Shown here piece by piece: positions 50,530-62,199 of a stretch of 64,000 nucleotides of DNA. The notes beneath the pieces were generated by a model, which saw nothing but the letters and a program-made list of their open reading frames with translations, had not been told where the DNA came from and ran no database searches. The stretch lies in the NCBI GenBank assembly GCA_035221665.1, contig CM069133.1, positions 96,596,001-96,660,000 of the forward strand, read 5' to 3'. The translations under genes and the position numbers were made by a program. Numbering within the stretch: position 1 is the first letter of the stretch; every line of letters starts with the position of its first letter. This DNA comes from Okamejei kenojei. Taxonomy: Eukaryota.

Positions 50530-51979
50530 CACTAGGGCAGCCATGATGCTTTTTATTTTTTAACTTGCTATTCGGAGCCTACAGTACTCATCTCGATGGT
50601 CTCTGTATGTATACAAATTAAAGTACCTGTTATGATATATAATGCCTCTGTATCATAAGTATTTTGCACACCTTCTTCAGACGAAGGGGATTCTGTGATT
50701 TCTTCCTGTTTCTCATCGCCATGTGGCCCTGGAAGCTTGCAGCATGAAGGAGACAACATACACGGTGTGCAGGGAAAGGTGCAGAACATACAGAGTGTGT
50801 TTTTCTGAGTATTCAATCCTGAAGCTAAGAGGTGATTTATACCTTCAAGGAATTTGAAAAGGAAAGAAAAGGTAGGGGTGGAGTGGTTGTTTTCAAGAGT
50901 AGACAGTCAAATTGCAGTTCATTTTGAGGAACGAAGTGATTACAACAGATTTGAAAGAGAGGAACCAGAGGAGAAGGAGTAGACTTCATAGTGGTCTAAA
51001 AAGCACATTTGGTTTATATAGAGTTCCCACCCGTAATCATGCCTGCCTAAATATATTCCATTAATATTACGAAACTGATTAGCTACATCTTTACACATTT
51101 ATAAGTTTAACCAATTCACTGGGTTTTGAATTCTCTTCCATCGCATAAGTGTACTGGTGTTGTTTATGTAGATTACAGAAACTCAATGGATGCTGCAATG
51201 TAGCATCTATTTCTAGAGTAATTGAAGGTGTCTCTTGAGTGCCTTCAGTCATGTTCTATGTCATCTCTAACTTAACAACTGCAGGACTCATTTCCTGAAG
51301 TATGTTCAGTCTCTCAGCTTTCCTTGCTGTTTTCTTGCGTGTCTTGCGCTGAGATTAGGTGGTCTGTGAGATTTGTTCTGAATTTTTCACCTGACCTTAC
51401 AGCACATTAAAGATTGAATTTGCTTGTGTGTTAAACTTCATGTGAACTTGTACTAGTCGCAGAAATATGTCTAACTTACAGGGTTATAACAGATTCTTTA
51501 ACACTATTATATAATCACCAGTGATCCCACCTGCCTTTGGCTTCTGGTTTTTGATTTCTGGCTGATTTTTTTTTCCATTTCCAATGGGGGCAGATTTCTG
51601 CAATCTCTCTTTTACCTCAATGAGCAAAAACATGTTTTTTTGTTTGTTAAAGTGACATGCCTACATAAAGCATAGTAAAAGCAGCAGAAATAAGCCATTC
51701 TGCCATTCAAGCCTGCTCCACCACTAAATATCATCATGGTTGATCATCCAGATTCAGTACCAGGTTCCAGCTTTCTCCACAAATTGCTTAATTGTTTCAG
51801 CATTAAGAACACTATCTAATTTCTTATCAAATATATTTAATTTCTTGGCTTCAGCTGCTTTTTGTAGCAGAGTTCACCACTCTCTTTCTTCTCCTCTTGG
51901 TCTTAAATGGTTTGCCATTTATTCTTGAACTGGTCCTGGGCTCCACTACTCTACTTCCTTCCTACGTCTAACATTTTTT

Positions 51980-52340
51980 TAGGGCAGCATAGTGGCGCAG
52001 CTGGTAGAACTGCTGCCTCAGAGAGCCAGAGACCCAGGTTCGATCCTGACTTCTGGTGCTTTATGTGCGGAGATTGCACATTCTACCTGTGATAACGTGG
52101 GTTTCCTCCAGGTGATATGGTTTTCTCTCACATCCTAAAGACATGCGGGTTTGTAGGTTAATTGTCCTCTGTAAATTTCCCCTTGTGTATAGGGAGTGGA
52201 TGAGAAAGTGTGATAACATAGAATTAACATGTATGGGCGATCAATGGTTGGCATGGACTATATCGGCCTGTAACAATGCTGTATCTCTAATCTAATCTAA
52301 ATGAAACTAAATTTAACTAAAGTAAAGTAAAGTAAACTAA
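51980..52340 (+). mobile_element. V-SINE inserted into a minus-strand CR1 fragment (~51660-52650)
   Basis: A-box TGGCGCAGCTGGTAGA and B-box GGTTCGATCC. The flank encodes QFWSPYL. Confidence 0.75.
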
Positions 52341-53339
52341 AACTAATTGGATCCTGTTAGAATTTTGTTAAATTTTCTTTCAGATTCATTGTCATACTTT
52401 GAAACTCTCGCAAATATATGACACAATTGACCCAATATCACTTCATACCTCTGTCCTGCCATCCCAGAAATCCATCTGATCAAACATTGCTGCACTACCT
52501 CCATAATACAAACATCCATGTTCAGGTAAGGAGACCAAAACTGCATACGATACTCAAGGGTTGGTTATCCCAATGCCCCCAATAATTTCAGCAAACCATT
52601 CCTGCTGAGTGAATTAATCATCTCTCATTGAAGGCTAGCATGCCATCAGGGCAAATGGCAATTACTTTTTTTACCCTGGGGGCAAAAGTGTGTCTGCTCA
52701 AAATAAATTTGTGAGTAAGTTGGAAAACAATCTTGCTAATGGTATGTCCTCACACCATTTTGTTTTGCATAGAGACACCTTCACCCCAGCCCTAATTTTA
52801 AATATTTTGTGCTCTGAAGAATATTTCCATCCATTTTCAATTTAAAAAACTCTGTCTCAGGCATTTGATCATATATCCCAAGCCTCACACTTTAGCCCAA
52901 TAGAGTATGAACTGCCAACCTGCACCAGTGCTATTTTAACAATGTCAGAGCAGTGCCTGATGAACCACATGCATTATACAGTAGTTCTCCAGTGTTCAAG
53001 TCAAATCACAAGCACATTGCTAAAATCTTCTCATTAACATGGTGATGCACCATATCGCTACGTATACAATAACTTGGTATATTTAATGGCTTTTGTTACA
53101 TTGAGCAGCTTCATTTTTTAGGTTCACTGTTTTGGTCAGTGTAATGTCTGTGGATTCCTATTGTAAAGTTCAAAAACATGCATTTTGTTTAGGTGATAAG
53201 TAGAAACACAGAAAGCTCTGCAGTGTGTAAGAAGGAACTGCAGATGCTGGTTTATACTGCCGTATAGTTTTTCTGGTTTACTCAAAGTTCGTCTCAGACA
53301 AAATATGTGCATCAGAACTTATTTTGGCAAGATCTCTAC

Positions 53340-53840
53340 TCAAGACCCCAAGAAGTAGCCCTATCCATCACACATACCAGCCTCCACCCATCAACTCTAC
53401 CCCCCACCCCCTTCAGGAAAGCAACCAACATAATCAAGGACGATTTATGTCCTGGTTATTCCCTCAGCCCTTCTCCCCTGTCGGGCAGAAGATAGAAAAA
53501 CTTGAAAGCACGTACCACCAGATTCAGCCACAGTTTCTTCTTCATTCTTGTCTGACTACCGGACAGTACTCTCATGAGCTAAGGGTGTAGTTTTGATCCA
53601 CCAATCTATCGCAGTCTGGTCCTTGCACTGTTTTCATTTGCACTTTCTCTGTAGCTGTTATATTATATGGTTATATGGTTATACTAGGCCAAGTGGGACC
53701 TGTTATTATTTTTCTCTATCCACTATGTGTTGTACTTGTGTATGATTTGATTGTACTCATGCATAGTATAATTTGACTGAATAGCATGCCAATAAAGTTT
53801 TTCACTGTATCTCGGTACACATAACAATAATAAACCAATA
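53340..53840 (+). mobile_element. Rex1-type 3' fragment
   Basis: Encodes RKATNIIKD...PG...SPLSGRR; tail TTTTCACTGTATCTCGGTACAC..ACAATAA. Confidence 0.65.
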
Positions 53841-56414
53841 ATAAACCATAAATATACCAATACCAGTAAACCGACAACGCCCACACGAGAGCAACTATGT
53901 CATGCAATGTCTTCACAGTTATATACTCCTTCACTATAATCTTTCAAATTATTCCACAGCCTTACCCTTCCCTCTCGCTGTAACCTGCTCTAGTGCTGTG
54001 CACTTTCAAGAATTTGACAATTCTCTAACTATTGTGCCTCTCCCATTTATTTATCCCACTAGTCTTTGCTATATATACGTTTAGTCACCTGGACCACAAA
54101 ACACTGCATTTTCCATTCTATACCTTTGCATGCCCCTCCTATCAACACGTTCCTTAACATTTTCATTCTGTTCCAGAAGTTAGCCTTTATCCATTATCTT
54201 GGTGTTGGTTTTCATGTGAATGTTTTGTTCTGTGGACATCTTTATGTGCTAAGGACATGAAATAAATTAATGTTCTTATTCTCAAGAACAATTATAAATA
54301 TAAATTCTTGAACCAATTTGCAAAACCATAATTGTGCCTCAACAAGGGAATATTACAGTCCTCCTCTTACATTACCATGGACTTACTATTTTGTGTTTTG
54401 CACTAAGATCTAGTGTTTCGGCACGTAATGGCTTGCTTTTCATTCTTATAGAAATGTTTATGTGTAATTTGCTTTTGTGCTTGTCTGAGTCTATGTGCCT
54501 GTGTTGCTGCTACATGCAAGGTTTTCATTGTACTTCACCATACGTGCATGTCACAATAAACTCGCGTAACCTGACTTTTTGAAGGCTAAAATCTAAACCT
54601 TAAGAATTTCTCCACACAGAAATATCATTAGAATTCATATTCCTGTTTTAACAGCTGAGTGTAGGCAGCACCAGTTTGAACGCTACAAGGAGTTAATACA
54701 GATAGTAAGGACTGATGCTTCATGCCGGATCACTATAATGGAACTGCATGGGCAGTAATCATTCAAGAAACCCGACGCTGTTGCAATGCAGATGTCTTGA
54801 AGTCCAATAATATCAGATAACGCTCTATTAGTGAAGTTTGTGCTCATCTGTACTACTTTCAATCATACAAAAGGCTGGAAGAATTGTCCATTACCATCCC
54901 AATGCATGGCTTCTTGCAGTTGGAAGAAAGTGGGAGGTCTTTGGATGTGGGTCAATTAGCTCCAGACATCAGAAGCTTGGGGTAGATATATTGGCCTGAA
55001 TGGTTCTTCCCTGCTTGGGCATGTGTTCATGCTCTGCTCAAGAGCTCAAACAAATTCAAGATTCACATACATTATATGTATGCTCTGTGCTATTCTTACT
55101 CACATCACAGATGTTCTGTTTGCTATTAATCTGGGATAATAATTGAATTTTATGACTGATGAGAAATCAGGAAACTAGCCCCAGCATAGTTGGTTTTGCT
55201 CATTATAAGTGCACTATTATTTAGAGTAGATTCAGGTGGTAGAAACCCCAACCGATTTTAGATATTTCTTCATGTGTATTTGTATTATTCAATAATTTTG
55301 CAAAATAATTTAATCCACTTTATGTACATTTCCATATATCCGATTACCACAGAATTTCAGCCACTACACAAAACAAAAGAGCACAATTCTTTGATGAAAA
55401 TATGATTATTTTTTATAGCAAAAACCTTAACAAGATAAGAATGCTCATGTAAATTTCTGCCTTGGCTGTCTACTACTGTAGTTGCTGGTTGCTTGTTATT
55501 TATATATTTGCTCATGTCTGTCTGAATCAGGTATTAGCTGTGAAAACCATTACAGGAATTAATTTTGATCATAATATAGCTTACAGAGGCAGAAAAACTG
55601 GGTAAGGAAAAAACTATCAAAGGCTTCGAAAGTGTTCCAGTCCCTTATAGTTCCATTAAGATGTGATGAAAACAAATTCAAGAGAGAGCCATTTTTTTAG
55701 TCTACAGTCTTCGTTTTCGTAATAGCCTCCCAAAAAACATTTCAATTTTTCCTTCATATTTATTTGAATGACATATCTACAAAGTAATTTTAGTCCCCTT
55801 TATGTATTTTTTCTAAACAAATGCACTGAACAATAAACTCATCAATAAAGTAAATACGTTAACACCCAACAGTCATAGGAGAGTCCGCCATCTAGTGTAT
55901 TGAATGCTGGCTCAGTTAAAGTGTCCAAAAAGGAACTGAGTCAGTTCTAAGTAGAAAGATGTGTGTTTTGAAAGAAGTAAAAGATCAAAAATCTTATGGA
56001 CTTGAAGTAGGTCTGATTAATGGAGGACAGGTGGTAGAAAATGGCCTAGGTGCTTCTGTTATATTCTTGTGGACTTAAATAGGGGATATGAGTAGTATAT
56101 TATTTATTAAGAACATCATATAACTTTAAGTCGAGATTTAAAAACTGAGTGCTTGGTTAAAAATAAATGAACAAATTTAGGAGAACTCTATTAAGGTCCA
56201 ATTAAGATATATTTTACAAGGCACTAGCCTTCCAGCTACAATGCATACACAATTTTCCATTATACAAGATATGCTCAATTAACTTACTTGGACATTGCTG
56301 ATGCTGAATAAGAAAATAAATCTCTCTCAATTCAGAGATCCTTCGAGTTTTCAAATTCCTACATGGCCTCTTCCTTTCCAATCTCTGTAAAGTCTTCTAG
56401 CTCAGCACTTCTGG

Positions 56415-56697
56415 TAGAGTAGTGCAGCGGTAGAGATGCTGCCTTACAGCGCCAGAGACTCAAATTTGATCCAGATTACGGGTGCTGCCTGTATGCAGTT
56501 TGTATGTTCATCCTGTAACCACGTGGATTTTCTTTGGGGTTTCTCCTACGTTCCAAAGACATGCAGGTTAGTAGATTAATTGGCTTTTGCAAATTGTCCC
56601 TAGTGTGTGAAATAGAACTAGTGTACAAGTGATTGCTGGTCGTGGACTCATTGGTCCAAAGGGCCCATTCCCCATGCTGTATCTCTAAACTAAACTA
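56415..56697 (+). mobile_element. V-SINE (HE1-like)
   Basis: GCAGCGGTAGAG head, TTCCAAAGAC V-domain, (TAAAC)n tail. Confidence 0.7.
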
Positions 56698-56737
56698 GTT
56701 TGAGTGGGACTCCAGTCAGCGGCCACTGGTCGTGGCA

Positions 56738-57005
56738 CCACACAGCACCTCCCGACTCCACACAGCGGCTTTCCTGACTCCAGGCAGCGGATTACCCGAC
56801 TCCACACAGCGGTTTTCCCGACTCCACACAGCAGCTTTCCCGACTCCACACAGCGGCTTTCCTGACTCCACATAGCAGCTTTCCTGACTCCACACAGCAC
56901 TTCCCGACTCCACGCAGCAGCTTTCCTGACTCCACATAGCAGCTTTCCTGACTCCACACAGCGGCTTTCCCGACCCCACACAGCGGCTTTCCCGACTCCA
57001 TACGG
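56738..57005. repeat. 22-bp minisatellite (~12 copies)
   Basis: Unit ACACAGCGGCTTTCCCGACTCC; GACTCC recurs at 56754, 56776 and 56798. Confidence 0.92.
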
Positions 57006-59637
57006 CGTTTACAAAGTACCCCCGCCAACTCCTACTATGTTCTGTCCCCCCCCCCCCATTGTTCATCGTTCTTCCCCCTCCCTCATGGTGGTCTCCCCAT
57101 GCTGGGTCCCCCATTGTTATTCCCCCTCCCTCACAGTGGGTCTCCTGTGCCCTCATCGGCCGCCGCACCACCAACCATGGGTCGACCCGCGAGGCTCCAC
57201 CGCCGCTGCCGAGGCTCCATTGGCTCAGGGAGGCTTCGCCACCCGACTTCTCCACAGTCTCCTGGGAGGCGTCTGCTGCCAGGGCCACGTAGGACGCCTG
57301 TGGGTGCGAGTAAGGTCTACCGGGCGGTTCTTCAGCAGGTGAGTCGCTATCATTTTACTGACCTGCAGAATAGGCTTGAGTGACTGATCATCCTACTGCT
57401 GCTATTGTTTCTTTCATTCTAATGTTGTTATGTCATTCTCTCTTTCCCCTTTCCACTTCAAATGCTTTTGTATTGATGTAATTTCTCTTATGCTTACCTG
57501 TATTCATCTTCTTTGTCCAACACTCACTCTGAAAACATTTGTATCTGCCTTCCTTTCATTTGTCTTCCAACATTTCCCTTTAACTTGTGCTTTTCCATTA
57601 GGAATGTTGATGAAAAACGATTGTATTTAATGCTAAGAGTCTAGTTTTTTTCAAAAAAAACCTTTTATTTAGAGACACAAGGAAGTGCAGATGCTGGAAT
57701 CCTGAGTAAAACGTGGTTATGCAGCATCTTTGGAGGTAATAGACAGGCGAGGATTTCGTTCAGGACCCTTTTTTAGACTGCTTATAGTAGAGGGGATAAA
57801 GTTGGAAAATAGATGGGAATGGGATAAGGCCTGAAAAGTGATAGGTGGATACAGGTGAGAGGGGTGATGATAAGCAGATGAGTGGAGATAGTGACAGAGG
57901 TGAATAGGAGACACTAAAGAATGTCAGATAAGCAGAGAAGAGGAGTGAAATGTAAAGCCAGAGTAAATCCAGCACTTTGTGTTTTTATCCCTTTATTGAC
58001 TTTGTTATTGCCAAGTCAAAATGGAAAAATTAAATAACAAATTGCCAACACCATCTATTGCAACATAACTGGTGAAAATTTATTCCCAGTCAGTGGAGTA
58101 AAATTCTGCTTCCAAAGTTCAGTTCCTTAAAAAAACAACAGAAAATTTGAGAAACACTCAATGGGTCAGGTAACATCTGCAGAAGGGGGAAGAGAGTTAA
58201 CTTTTTAGCTTCTGGCAGCCTGCTGCCTGACCTGCTGAATGGTTCCAATATTTTCTGCTTTTATTTCAATTATTTAAACTTTTAGTGATTTTCATTGATG
58301 CTTGGACTTGATTTTCAAAGTGTGCAGTTGTTAATTGTACCCAGATTAACAGGAGCGAGTGACTGGCAGTTAGCTGCACAGGGTTCGGTGGTGCAATTCC
58401 AAAGGTTGCCCAAAAATGTATTATCCCACAACGGTTTGAGAGAAAACCGCAATGCATTGGAGGAATTCAGTGGGTCAGGTAGCATCTGTGGAGGGAAATG
58501 TTTTGGGTCAGGACCCTTATTCAGAATGAAAGTGTCTGAAGAATGTTCCTGACCCAAGCCATTGTCTGTCCATTTCCTCCAGCAGTGTTTTGTTCAAGAT
58601 TCCAGTATCTACAGTTTATTGTGTCTCCATGTTTGGGGCGTCCAAGGTTCTGTGGAATGTACATACTGTGAGAATGTTGAGAGAGACAGAGAAAGATAGA
58701 GAGAGAGGCATTTGTCTCATGTGACAGGGTTATCGCACGCACAATATTGTTGTAACTTAGAGGTTTGATACCTGAATTGCATCCTAAGAAGCTTTAATGG
58801 ATTTTTTAAAGATGCTGACATGCAGAAATTCTCTGCTTACACAATGCATTGGGGTTAGCTTCCTTTAAAAACAAAGAGCTAATGCTTTGAAAAAGTGGTA
58901 GTGAATGTGAACTTTTGATTTCCCCAGCTGAAATGTATCCTATCGTGAATATTCACTTGAAATATCTTTGCACTCAAAATCTTATTGAAGTGCATCTCAC
59001 TATAAATACTGAAACTGCGTTTAATCATTGGGAATGTAATTTAAAATTATGACTTTGTAACATTAAAAACGATATCAAGCACATTGACACGGATACCAGA
59101 CAGGAGAGGGGAAGAGAACTAAAGTAATGATTGCTCGGCTTGGAGGGTAGGAGCCTGCGAAACTTGGTGTTAGATCAAAGCAGCTACAGCTTCTCTTGTC
59201 CATGACAGTGAAGTTTAACCTGAAAATAAGACCTCTCAGCCACAAAGAAGTTGCTGACAAGTAGAAGTGATTTGGACAGCCACTGGAAGTTGTGCCTCAT
59301 TGAATTATAGATAGATTGACCCATGGGGTAGTTGTGAGTATACACAGGAACAAGGGGAGGCAAAAAGAAATGAAGGGTTTCTAGAGGAAGATGTTACATT
59401 AAGATTACTGTAATCCCTCAACCTCAAGTACCATTTTACTGAGTGATGGAAATGGGTTTTAGGAACTAGGGGGACACTAAGGTCCGTGCAGCTGAGGTTG
59501 GGAAGGGGGGGGGGGGGGGGGGGAGATTTTCTTATGTGCGGTCATACCCATGTAAGAATTCAAGAATGTATCACTTTTTTATGGTGTATTTATAGTATAG
59601 TTTATTGTGTATTATATGTCATAGCGGCTTTCTTGCA

Positions 59638-59675
<38 letters not shown>

Positions 59676-59754
59676 CTCTGTAGGCTGCAGCCATCGTCCG
59701 CTTCGGTGAGGGAAGCAGGTCGGTGATTGATCAAACGGCCCTTAGGAGACTGTG

Positions 59755-59922
59755 TCTGATTGGCCACCGAGTGACCAGCATATTATGTGATTAGACACAA
59801 TGCCCTGGGAGACAGCGGCTGATTGGACGGGAGGAGACCAATTTGTTGATTGGACGGGAATTTTAAGGGAAGCTGGTCGGTGATTGGACGTAACTCCCTG
59901 AGAGACAGCGGTTGATTGGCCA
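59755..59922. promoter_or_regulatory. Cluster of six CCAAT/ATTGG boxes
   Basis: ATTGG at 59759, 59822, 59849, 59883 and 59915; CCAAT at 59838. Confidence 0.4.
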
Positions 59923-60015
59923 CCAAATAATCGGGCACAAAAAAAATTAAAAACAGGAAAAAAATAAAATAGGAATTACGATTTAAATCAGTAGAATATC
60001 ATGTCTGATCTGCAG

Positions 60016-60047
60016 CAAAGATACTAGTATCCGCTCTGGTATCTTTG
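60016..60047. mobile_element. 32-bp TIR-to-TIR remnant, P-superfamily-like
   Basis: CAAAGATACTAG...CTGGTATCTTTG flanked by a perfect 8-bp TSD ATCTGCAG (60008-60015 and 60048-60055). Confidence 0.75.
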
Positions 60048-60589
60048 ATCTGCAGTTCCTTCCTATTGAAGAAGAACCCCGGCCTGAAACAACTCCTAAT
60101 CCATTCCCTCCACAGATGCCGCCTAGCCCGCTGAGTTCCTCCAGCACTCTGTGTTTTTTATTTAACACACGAAATTGAAGTTAGCCATAAAGCTGGAGTA
60201 ACTCAGCGGGACAGGCAGTGATTCTGGAGAGAAGACGCTTCTTCAGACTGAACTGAACTCTCATCCGTGAGAGTACTTGTGATTGTCTGCAGAAGGGTCT
60301 CGACCCGAAATGCCACCCACTCTCCAGAGCCGCTGCCTGTCCTGCTGAGCCACCCAAGCCTGGGCCCTGTCCACCTTCAACTCCAGAGGCAAACAAAAAA
60401 CACAGAGTGCTGGAGGTACTCAGCGGGCCAGGCGGCACCCACAGAGGAAACGCCACGGGCCAGGGTTCCCCCTCCCCCACCCCCCCAACAAGAACGAACC
60501 GCAGATGCAGCCGTCTCTGCAAAACGGCAAATGATTCCGGGAATGCCGACGTAAGAGGGTGAGAGAGAGAGAGAGTGAGAGAGCAAGTG

Positions 60590-60986
60590 AGATCCAAAGG
60601 ACAGATTTGGATCCCAACTACGCCTCGTTGAGACCTCGCCAGAAGTTTCAAACCTATGGCCCCCTCAAGTTCAAACCACATGGACCAAGATACCATGTTG
60701 TAAACATCCACGTTCGCTACTTTTACTGGGAGTTCGCGTTCCACCATAGACTCGCCAGCGGTTTACAGCTGTTTGATATCCGCTTCAGGAAGGAGCGGGT
60801 GGTCTACAAGTTGAGTGTCCAGGAGGTGAACTCCGTTTACGGCGGAGAGACGCCAGGTCTGATGAGGGCCAAGTTCTTAGACACTCGTTATGGAATTGGG
60901 AAAAGTTCTAATGAGCTGGGGAAGACGTGGACTGCCCTTACAGTGCCACTTTCCTCCACATTCTCCATCTCATGGTGACTGGAAAC
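60590..60986 (+). pseudogene. Copper amine oxidase (AOC1/2/3 family) exon fragment, frameshifted
   Basis: Encodes GPLKFKPHGPRY..WEFAF..SGLQLFDIRFRKERVVYKLSVQE..YGGETP..KFLD..GIG; after a frameshift at ~60920 it reads VDCPYSATFL. The paralog cannot be assigned. Confidence 0.85.
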
Positions 60987-61102
60987 CAAAGATCCTATAA
61001 CGGAGCAAGATAGTCCACTCGACGAAAAAGACGTAGTAGGGTCATGGGTAATCTTCAGCATCATTTCAGTAACCGGCTTCCGTCTCTGCTCTAGTATCTT
61101 TG
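60987..61102. mobile_element. 116-bp MITE with CAAAG TIRs (P-superfamily-like); no TSD
   Basis: Left end CAAAGATCCTATAACGGAG versus reverse-complemented right end CAAAGATACTAGAGCAGAG (15/19). Confidence 0.65.
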
Positions 61103-62199
61103 CTTTGGTCATGGCTTCTTCATTCTTCATGCAGAAATCTTATTTTTTCTCAGCTGCAGGTGATCATTTTGATATTCCTGCCTAGTCCTCCTTTTTAACT
61201 TTGAACATACAAAATATTGCCATTTGGAAGGAGCTCCTTCACCCACTCAAGCATTTCATCATTTAGTAAGATCCAACAACTAGTGAGCAGTCCTGAGCTA
61301 CTATCCAGCTCATTGGAGAACCTCAGACTATCTATGACTGGACTTTACTGGACTTTATCTTGTGCTAAATGTTATTCATGTTATTCTCTTTATCATGTAT
61401 CTGTACTGTGGATGGCTTGATTGTAATCATGTATTGTCATGTTGACTGGTTTGCACACAACAAATATTTTCACTGTACCTCGGTACATGTGACAATAAAC
61501 TAAACTAAACTAAGATTCCTGGTCAGGAGTTCTGAAAAGCCAGTAACAATTCAACTAAGGCCTGTTTTATAAACATAAGCAGGCCAGGAGAAGAAAGTCT
61601 CCAGCACAAGACTCCCCTGACTCTGAACAAGGGTCTTGACCCAAAATGTCACTTATCCATGTTCTCCAGGGATGCTGCCTGATCCATTGTGTTACTCCAG
61701 CATTTGGTAAATTCCCAGGAGAAACATCAATCGTACATCTAACCATTGCCACATCAAAGGGTTGGACCTCAGTAATAGGACACCCATCACTGTAAAGTAA
61801 ACCTGAGACTAGTCAATTAAGAATCAAAATGTTTGCAGATGCCAAAAATATGAAATAAAAACAGGACAGAAAAATGGAAATACTGAGCAGGTCAGGCAGC
61901 ATCTGTGGAGAGAGAAATAGAATGAATGTTAAGGCTACTGTTAGTAGACTAGAATGTGGAGCAGAAGTTACAATCAGATCAAACATGAGTGCCATGAACT
62001 TATTCACGGTCTGAGCATGCGGAAGGTCTTGATTGTCTACTCTGAATAATAACGTTAGTATGTTCATGTCAGTGACCATTCAGCAGATGAAAGTATGTTC
62101 AAGGTCGTCTTTTTATTAAGGGAATATCAGTATATCAATAAGATGTATCACAAAAGATTCAGAAAATGATCATCCCAACAAGAAAATGTAACTACCTAC

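Noticed and set aside
56738-57005. CRISPR-like array, or the repetitive Cys-rich ORFs (56685-57288)
   Set aside because: Contiguous tandem units with no unique spacers, no cas genes and a eukaryotic context; the ORFs are translations of the minisatellite.
59466-59490. Helitron 3' end (A|CTAG) as a firm feature
   Set aside because: Only a 4-bp hairpin stem and no identifiable 5' TC end; kept only as a hypothesis.
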